From an uncultured Burkholderiales bacterium (GTDB lineage: Bacteria; Pseudomonadota; Gammaproteobacteria; Burkholderiales; Burkholderiaceae_C), in contig CBINBY010000028.1 of the NCBI GenBank assembly GCA_966248995.1, positions 1 to 24,000 on the forward strand: DNA of 24,000 bases, given 5' to 3'. The notes under the pieces are model-generated. The model was given only the letters and a program-made list of their open reading frames with translations, had not been told where the DNA came from and ran no database searches. The position numbers and the translations under genes are program-made. This document shows positions 16,893 through 24,000 of the stretch, piece by piece. Each line of letters opens with the position of its first letter. The first letter of the stretch is position 1.

Positions 16893-18674
16893 TTGGAGTT
16901 CGCCTATCCCCGGCCCCAGCTGCGGCGATCGAACTGGACCTCCCTGAACGGCGCCTGGCGCTTCCGCTACGACGACGAGCGGCAATACACGGCGCCGTCC
17001 CAGCTCGACTGGCCGCTGCAGATCCAGGTGCCCTTCCCTCCCGAGTCGGAGGCCAGCGGCCTCGGCGATCGCGGCTTCCACTGCAGCTGCTGGTATGAGC
17101 GCGACTTCCAGTGCGCGCCTGGAAATGACCGCGTGATCCTGCGCTTCGGTGCGGTCGACTATGCCGCCAAGGTGTGGGTCAACGGGCGCCAGGCCGCCAC
17201 CCACGAGGGCGGGCATACCCCCTTCGCGGCCGACATCACCCAGCTGCTGGATGCGTCGGGCCGGCAGACCGTAACGGTGCAGGTCGACGACGACCCCCAC
17301 GACCTCACCAAGCCGCGCGGCAAGCAGGACTGGCAGCTGGAGCCGCACTCGATCTGGTACCCGCGCACCACCGGCATCTGGCAGACGGTGTGGTTGGAGC
17401 GGGTGTCTCGCACCTACATCGCGAAGATTCGCTGGACACCGCATGTCGAAGGCTTTTCCCTCGGCTTCGAGGCGCGCGTCAGCGGAGACCCGGCCGAGGA
17501 CCTGTGGATCGACATCTCGCTGCGCCACGGCAGGCGCCTCCTGGCGCGCGACCGCTACCAGGTGGTCGACCGTGAGGTCGACCGCGTCATCGTGCTGTCC
17601 GACCCGGGCATCGACGACTACCGCAACGAGCTGCTCTGGACGCCCGAGCGTCCCACTTTGCTGGACGCCACGATCCGCCTGCTCGCGGGAGACGGCCGCG
17701 TGCTGGACGAATTCGAGTCGTACACCGCGCTGCGCTCGGTGCACATCCTGCGCGACCGCTTCATGCTCAACGGCCGGCCCTACCTGCTGCGCCTGGTGCT
17801 GGACCAGGGCTACTGGCCCGACACCCTGCTCACGTCTCCCGGTGACGATGCGTTGAGGAAAGACGTGGAACTTGCCAAGGCCATGGGGTTCAACGGCGTG
17901 CGCAAGCACCAGAAGATCGAGGACCCGCGCTACCTGTACTGGGCCGACCGGCTCGGGCTGCTGGTGTGGGAGGAAATGCCCTCGGCCTACCGCTTCACCC
18001 GCACCGCCATCCGCCGCACCGTGCGCGAGTGGACGGAGGCGATCGAGCGCGACTACAGCCATCCCTGCCTCATCGTGTGGGTGCCGTTCAATGAATCCTG
18101 GGGCGTGCCCGAGCTGCCCGCGGTGGGGGAACACCGGCACGCGGTGGAGGCGCTCTATCACCTCACCAAGACACTCGACGCCACGCGGCCGGTGATCGGC
18201 AACGACGGCTGGGAGTCGAGCGCCACCGACATCATCGGCATCCATGACTACGATGCGAACACCGAGCACATGCGGCAGCGCTACGGCGCGGAGATCAAGC
18301 CCGAGCAGCTGTTCGACCGGCGTCGGCCCGGCGGGCGCATCCTCACGCTCGATGGCTATCCGCACCGCGGTCAGCCCATCATGCTCACCGAGTTCGGTGG
18401 CATCGCATACGCCAAGTGCCCGCAGCCGGGCGTGAAGCAGACCTGGGGTTACACAGTAGCCGAGGACGAAGAGCGGTTCGAGGCCATGTACACCGACCTG
18501 ATGCACACCGTCATCCACACGGCCCTCTTCAGTGGCTTTTGCTACACGCAGTTCGCCGACACCTTCCAGGAAGCCAACGGGCTGCTGTGTGCCGATCGCA
18601 CGCCGAAGATTCCGCTGGAGCGCATCCGCCAGGTGACCAAGTTCTCGCGCACGCACATCCCGGGAGGCGTGTAG
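16893..18674 (+). CDS. Glycoside hydrolase family 2 protein, no signal peptide
   Basis: Starts with a YPRPQLRRSNWTSLNGAWRF N-terminus. The acid/base motif is PFNESWG and the nucleophile motif is MLTEFGG. I prefer TTG at 16893 because AAGGAGA (16880-16886) lies 6 nt upstream (7 nt from the GGAG core). The ORF-track GTG at 16875 is the alternative. Confidence 0.85.
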   Translation: MEFAYPRPQLRRSNWTSLNGAWRFRYDDERQYTAPSQLDWPLQIQVPFPPESEASGLGDRGFHCSCWYERDFQCAPGNDRVILRFGAVDYAAKVWVNGRQAATHEGGHTPFAADITQLLDASGRQTVTVQVDDDPHDLTKPRGKQDWQLEPHSIWYPRTTGIWQTVWLERVSRTYIAKIRWTPHVEGFSLGFEARVSGDPAEDLWIDISLRHGRRLLARDRYQVVDREVDRVIVLSDPGIDDYRNELLWTPERPTLLDATIRLLAGDGRVLDEFESYTALRSVHILRDRFMLNGRPYLLRLVLDQGYWPDTLLTSPGDDALRKDVELAKAMGFNGVRKHQKIEDPRYLYWADRLGLLVWEEMPSAYRFTRTAIRRTVREWTEAIERDYSHPCLIVWVPFNESWGVPELPAVGEHRHAVEALYHLTKTLDATRPVIGNDGWESSATDIIGIHDYDANTEHMRQRYGAEIKPEQLFDRRRPGGRILTLDGYPHRGQPIMLTEFGGIAYAKCPQPGVKQTWGYTVAEDEERFEAMYTDLMHTVIHTALFSGFCYTQFADTFQEANGLLCADRTPKIPLERIRQVTKFSRTHIPGGV

Positions 18675-19759
18675 TGTTCACGCGCGAGCTGGTCAAACCC
18701 GACGGCCGCAGGCTCACGCTGTACGGCCGCGCGCCGGTCGAATCGCCGGCGCAGGCGCCCAGCCCCTTCGCCGAACCGCTGGCCGGCAGCGCCCACCTGC
18801 GCTGGCACCCGCTGCGCGGCGAGTGGGTCACCTACGCGGCGTATCGGCAAGGGCGCACCTTTTTGCCGCCGCCCGAGTACAACCCACTCGCCGTCACGAC
18901 CGACCCCGCGAATCCCACCGAGCTGCCCGATGGCGTGTGGGACGTGGCCGTGTTCGACAACCGCTTCCCTTCGCTGGGCGGACGGGCCGCTGAGCCGCCC
19001 GGGCTCATCGTGCCCACCGCGCCGGCCACCGGCCACTGCGAGGTGGTGGTGTATGCACGCGACGCTCAGGCCTCGCTGGGCAAGCTGCCGCTGTGGCACA
19101 TCGAGCTGCTGCTGGAGGTGTGGGGCGACCGCACCGAGCGCCTCGCGCGGCGTGGCGACATCGCATACGTGCTGCCGTTCGAGAACCGTGGCGCCGAGGT
19201 GGGCGTGACGCTGCACCACCCGCACGGGCAGATCTACGCCTACCCCGTGGTGCCACCGGTGCCGGCGCGCATGCAGGAGGTGGCGTTGCACCACCACGCC
19301 GAGCACGGCCGCGGCCCGCTTGCGCAGCTCATCGACGACGAGCGGCGCGACACACGGCGGTTGGTATACGAGGGACCGCATGCGGTGGCCTTCGTCCCGG
19401 CCTGCGCGCGCTACCCCTATGAAGTGTGGGTTGCGCCGATCGAGCCGGTTGAGCACCTGGCTGCCTTGCACGAGGCGCAGCGTGCCGACCTGGCGCGTGC
19501 GCTCAAGACCGTACTGATGAAGTACGACGCGCTCTGGCAGCGGCCCCTGCCCTATCTCATGGCCTTGTACCAGGCGCCCACCGATGGCCGCCCGCACCCC
19601 GAGTCGCACCTGCACGCCGAGTTCTATCCGCCCTACCGTACGCCGGATCGACTGAAGTACCTGGCCGGCACCGAACTCGCCGCGGGCTTCTACGCCATGG
19701 ATGCGCTGCCCGAGGACAAGGCCCGCGAGCTCCAACAGGTGGAGGTGCGCATCGAATGA
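18674..19759 (+). CDS. galT: Galactose-1-phosphate uridylyltransferase (HPH type)
   Basis: Contains the active-site motif FENRGAEVGVTLHHPHGQIYAYP. GTG at 18674 overlaps the GH2 stop (TAGTG), with GGGAGG at 18662-18667. The ORF-track start at 18416 lies inside the GH2 gene. Confidence 0.9.
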   Translation: MFTRELVKPDGRRLTLYGRAPVESPAQAPSPFAEPLAGSAHLRWHPLRGEWVTYAAYRQGRTFLPPPEYNPLAVTTDPANPTELPDGVWDVAVFDNRFPSLGGRAAEPPGLIVPTAPATGHCEVVVYARDAQASLGKLPLWHIELLLEVWGDRTERLARRGDIAYVLPFENRGAEVGVTLHHPHGQIYAYPVVPPVPARMQEVALHHHAEHGRGPLAQLIDDERRDTRRLVYEGPHAVAFVPACARYPYEVWVAPIEPVEHLAALHEAQRADLARALKTVLMKYDALWQRPLPYLMALYQAPTDGRPHPESHLHAEFYPPYRTPDRLKYLAGTELAAGFYAMDALPEDKARELQQVEVRIE

Positions 19760-20808
19760 ATCACGCGGACGTAGTGGTGGCCGAGGCTCCCGGCCGGGTC
19801 AACCTGCTGGGCGAACACACCGACTACAACGACGGCTACGTGCTGCCCGTGGCGATTGCGCAGACGACGCGGGTGACCATGCGGCGCAGCGGCGACGCCG
19901 GCTGCACGCTGCACGCCGCTGCGCTGGGCGAGACGGCTCGATTCACGCTCGATGCGCCGCCCCCCGCGCAGTTCGCGCGCTACGTGTGGGGTTGCCTGGT
20001 CGAAGCGCGCGCGGCAGGCATCGAGGTGCCCCCGCTGCTTATCGAGGTGGATTCCACCGTGCCGATGGGCGTGGGCCTGTCGTCGAGCGCGGCGCTGGAA
20101 GTGGCCACGCTGCGCGCCTTGCGGGCGCTGCTGCATGCGCCCCTGGACGATGTGCGTATCGCACAGCTCGCGCAGCGCGCGGAGATCGAGCATGCCGGCG
20201 TGCGCTGCGGCATCATGGACCAGATGGCCGCCAGCCTGGCCTCAACCGACCGCGCGATCTTCCTCGACACGCGCACGCTCGAGCGCCGGCTCGTGCCGCT
20301 GCCGCCGCACAGCGCCGTGCTGGTGCTGGACTCGGGCATCGCCCGAACGCTCGCCGGGAGCGGCTACAACCAGCGGCGGGCCGAGTGCGAACAGGCGGCG
20401 CGCTTGCTCGGCGTGCCCGCGCTGCGCGACGCCCGCGACGACGCAGCCATCGCCGCACTGCCCGAGCCCTTGTCTCGCCGCGCTCGCCATGTAGTGAGCG
20501 AAAACCGCCGCGTACTGCGCGCGGTGCAGGGCTGCGATGCGGGCGAGTTCGGCGCGCTCATGAACGCCTCGCACGCGAGCCTGCGCGACGACTACGAAGT
20601 CTCCGTGCCGGCGCTCGACCGCCTGGTGTCCCTGCTCCAGGCCCATCCCGCCGTGTACGGCGCGCGTCTCACCGGGGCGGGCTTCGGCGGCGCCTGCGTC
20701 GCATTGGCCCAGCCCGAGGCCTTGCAAGATGTGGCAGGCAGCGTGCTGCGCTCGTATGCCGGGGAAGGCAACGCAGGGCGCGTCCTGGTGCCGATGCTGT
20801 CGAACTGA
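19756..20808 (+). CDS. galK: Galactokinase
   Basis: Carries the GalK signature GRVNLLGEHTDYNDGYVLP, the GHMP kinase motif PMGVGLSSSAA, and TGAGFGG. Its ATG overlaps the galT stop (ATGA). Confidence 0.9.
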   Translation: MNHADVVVAEAPGRVNLLGEHTDYNDGYVLPVAIAQTTRVTMRRSGDAGCTLHAAALGETARFTLDAPPPAQFARYVWGCLVEARAAGIEVPPLLIEVDSTVPMGVGLSSSAALEVATLRALRALLHAPLDDVRIAQLAQRAEIEHAGVRCGIMDQMAASLASTDRAIFLDTRTLERRLVPLPPHSAVLVLDSGIARTLAGSGYNQRRAECEQAARLLGVPALRDARDDAAIAALPEPLSRRARHVVSENRRVLRAVQGCDAGEFGALMNASHASLRDDYEVSVPALDRLVSLLQAHPAVYGARLTGAGFGGACVALAQPEALQDVAGSVLRSYAGEGNAGRVLVPMLSN

Positions 20809-20817
20809 TCGGCCAGT

Positions 20818-22056
<1,239 letters not shown>

Positions 22057-22228
22057 GGGGACTCCAATCGAGGAAAGACAGGCAAGCGGCATTCCCGCCG
22101 CCCCTCCTCGCATCGCGATTCACCCATCGACCCTTTCGTCCGGCATGCCATGCATGGATGAGCGAAGCACGCATTCGCCCTGCGTTGTCAGCCGCGGTCC
22201 GAGACCGGGTCTTTCCGACTCACGACAC

Positions 22229-22234
22229 TAGAAT
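22229..22234 (+). promoter_or_regulatory. Putative -10 element TAGAAT of the protease-FHA operon (probable leaderless transcript)
   Basis: The plus strand reads CAC TAGAAT CCGGCGCG ATG. The hexamer ends 8 nt before the ATG and there is no SD. It shares the 10-mer CTAGAATCCG with the rpe and apaG copies. Confidence 0.45.
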
Positions 22235-22242
22235 CCGGCGCG

Positions 22243-23568
22243 ATGAACATCATCCGCGCGTGGTGCACGGGCCTGCTGTGCCTGGCAATGTCATGGGCAC
22301 ACGCCGGCGCCAGCGCACCAGCTGAGCCGCCCGGCACCCCCTCGGTGTCGCTGTCTGCCCGCAAGGTGTACGAGCAGGCACGCTCCCAGCTCGTTCAGAT
22401 CCGCACCGTACTCAAGGGCCGCGCCAGCCAAACCTCCGTGGGCTCGGGCTTCATCGTCTCAGCGGAAGGCCATGTCCTCACCAACTTCCATGTGGTGAGC
22501 GAAGTCGCGCTGGAACCCGACACCCATGACCTGGTGTACGTGACTGCCGACGGCCGCGAGGCGCCGCTGCAGATCCTCATGCTCGATGTGCTGCACGACC
22601 TGGCGCTGTTGCGCATGACGCCCGATGCCGGCGCTGCGCAGACCGCGCTGCAGGCCTTGTCTTTCCGCCCGCCCAAGGAGACGCTCGCACAAGGCGAACG
22701 CATGTACTCGCTGGGCAACCCGCTGGACGTGGGCTTCGCGGTGATCGAGGGCAACTACAACGGGCTGGTCGAACGCAGCTTCTACCCGCAGATCTTCTTC
22801 TCCGGCTCGTTGTCCTCGGGCATGAGCGGCGGCCCGGCGCTGGACCAGGAGGGCCGGGTGATCGGCGTGAACGTGGCGCGACGCGTCGACGGCGAGCAGG
22901 TCAGCTTTCTAGTGCCGGGCCTCTATGCCGCCGAGTTGCTCGAGCGCGGCCGCCGCGCGCCGCCGATGAAAGGACCGGCCGACGACGAGATCACGCGCCA
23001 GCTGCTGGACCATCAGGCGCTGCTCACCGAGCGCTTCATCGCCCAGGGCTGGAAGACCGCGACCCATCCTCGCTACAGGGTGCCCGTGCCGCCCGACCGC
23101 TTCATGCGCTGCTGGGGCTCGACCGAACGCTCGCGCACGGGCGGCCTGGACTTCGAGCGCTCCGACTGCGTGATGGAAACACGCATCTTCGTCGGCCGCT
23201 TCACCACCGGCGCGCTCAGCGTGCGCCACGAAAGCTACGACGGCGGCAAGCTCGGAACGCTGCGCTTTGCCGCCCGCCATGCGCAGAGCTTTCGCAACGA
23301 AAGCTTCGACCGCCTGCGCGGCGACCTGATGACCAAGCCGCAATGCCACGAAGACTTCATCGAGCGAGACCAGCTGCCCATGCGCGCAGTCGTCTGCATG
23401 CGGGCCTACAAGAAGTTGCCCAAGCTCTATGACGTGGCCGTACTGGTCGCCACGCTGGACCGCAACCAGGCCGGCGTGCAGGGGCGCTTCGACGCGCACG
23501 GCGTGAGCTTCGACAACGCGCTGCGCCTCACGCGCCACTACCTTGACGCCTACGGGATGGCGCCATGA
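22243..23568 (+). CDS. Secreted trypsin-like (S1/Trypsin_2) serine protease with uncharacterised ~200-aa C-terminal domain
   Basis: Signal peptide MNIIRAWCTGLLCLAMSWAHA|GA. The catalytic triad contexts are TNFHVV (His), LHDLALL (Asp) and SSGMSGGPAL (Ser). The C-terminal half (from about RQLLDHQ) matches no domain I recognise and contains 4 Cys. Confidence 0.85.
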   Translation: MNIIRAWCTGLLCLAMSWAHAGASAPAEPPGTPSVSLSARKVYEQARSQLVQIRTVLKGRASQTSVGSGFIVSAEGHVLTNFHVVSEVALEPDTHDLVYVTADGREAPLQILMLDVLHDLALLRMTPDAGAAQTALQALSFRPPKETLAQGERMYSLGNPLDVGFAVIEGNYNGLVERSFYPQIFFSGSLSSGMSGGPALDQEGRVIGVNVARRVDGEQVSFLVPGLYAAELLERGRRAPPMKGPADDEITRQLLDHQALLTERFIAQGWKTATHPRYRVPVPPDRFMRCWGSTERSRTGGLDFERSDCVMETRIFVGRFTTGALSVRHESYDGGKLGTLRFAARHAQSFRNESFDRLRGDLMTKPQCHEDFIERDQLPMRAVVCMRAYKKLPKLYDVAVLVATLDRNQAGVQGRFDAHGVSFDNALRLTRHYLDAYGMAP

Positions 23569-24000
23569 CAGCTGCCGATTCTGCTGCGGGCGCCATCGCG
23601 CTCCTGGAAGTGCTTGACCGAGATGGTCACGTGCGACATGCCGTGCGCGTGCGCACATGGCCGGTGCACGTAGGCCGCGCGCTCGGCAACGACCTGGTCC
23701 TCGACGACCCTCACGTTGCCGCGCACCATCTGCGTATCGATGCCGACGACACCGGGGTCTTCGTGCAGGCTGAGCAGACGCGCAACGGTGTGTACGCCGC
23801 GGAGCGTCGGCTGAACGCGGGCGAGCGCATGCCGGTGGGCCTCATGCCGCTGAGGTTCGAGGCGGGTGACACGCACTTGCGACTGCGCCTGGCCGCGCAC
23901 GAGCTGGAACCGGAGCGCCCCCTGCATGTGCCGCGCTCGCTGTGGCAGGCCGCGTGGCCGACAGCGGTTGCTGCTGTCCTGGTGCTTGCCGCCGTGCTGT
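23565..24000 (+). CDS. FHA-domain protein followed by a transmembrane segment (3' truncated by window end)
   Basis: Not in the ORF track because no stop is reached. My own translation from the ATG at 23565 (ATGA overlap with the protease stop) is MTAADSAAGAIALLEVLDRDGHVRHAVRVRTWPVHVGRALGNDLVLDDPHVAAHHLRIDADDTGVFVQAEQTRNGVYAAERRLNAGERMPVGLMPLRFEAGDTHLRLRL.... It has the FHA hallmarks GR-x-NDLVLDD-x-V-x-HH and NG. A hydrophobic stretch AAWPTAVAAVLVLAAVL follows. Confidence 0.75.
   Translation, partial: MTAADSAAGAIALLEVLDRDGHVRHAVRVRTWPVHVGRALGNDLVLDDPHVAAHHLRIDADDTGVFVQAEQTRNGVYAAERRLNAGERMPVGLMPLRFEAGDTHLRLRLAAHELEPERPLHVPRSLWQAAWPTAVAAVLVLAAVL

Noticed and set aside
16854-18656. A 600-aa minus-strand ORF exactly antisense to the GH2 gene. 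Similar cases are 3414-5165 (+, antisense to trpD/trpG), 15790-16881 (-), 18542-19735 (-), 20854-22161 (+), 6852-8261 (+), 13315-14991 (+) and 5405-6652 (+).
   Set aside because: These are shadow ORFs expected in a genome with very high G/C at third positions. Antisense stops require the rare sense codons TTA, CTA or TCA. Their translations are Arg/His/Gly/Ala/Pro-rich low-complexity sequence with no motifs, whereas each opposite-strand ORF carries unmistakable family signatures.
22148-22157. The 10-bp perfect palindrome CCATGCATGG, nested with GCATGC, in the glf/protease divergent region, considered as a possible operator.
   Set aside because: It is short, occurs once, and has no partner half-site or adjacent regulator gene. 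It cannot be distinguished from chance.

Overview
This is a high-GC, gene-dense chromosomal core region. Gene order and content look betaproteobacterial (Comamonadaceae/Burkholderiales-like), but that is inference only.

Minus strand, left part:
- The 5' end of tuf, preceded by a tRNA-Tyr/Gly/Thr cluster.
- nagA, then a tightly coupled trpE-trpG-trpD-trpC-ung string.

Middle:
- A CBS-pair protein.
- Divergent rpe and apaG, followed by mltA.
- A YecA-like UPF0149/SEC-C protein coupled to a metallophosphoesterase.
- About 0.8 kb with only two weak small ORFs.
- A second, inverted UPF0149 paralog that lacks the SEC-C motif.

Right part:
- mmsA and a TPR-like GGDEF diguanylate cyclase.
- A GH2 hydrolase-galT-galK operon convergent with glf.
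- A secreted trypsin-like protease translationally coupled to an FHA-domain membrane protein, cut by the window end.

I see no CRISPR array, transposase, integrase or prophage signature, and nothing I can confidently call a new system.

Best leads:
1. An orphan intrinsic terminator with upstream hairpins at 13321-13413, which could be an sRNA or an mmsA attenuator.
2. The convergent UPF0149 paralog pair and the locus between them.
3. The protease-FHA pair.
4. A CTAGAATCCG motif 6-8 nt upstream of three SD-less ATG codons, suggesting leaderless mRNAs.
5. The GH2-galTK/glf neighbourhood.

Most long ORFs in the six-frame track are antisense shadow ORFs typical of high GC3 genomes.
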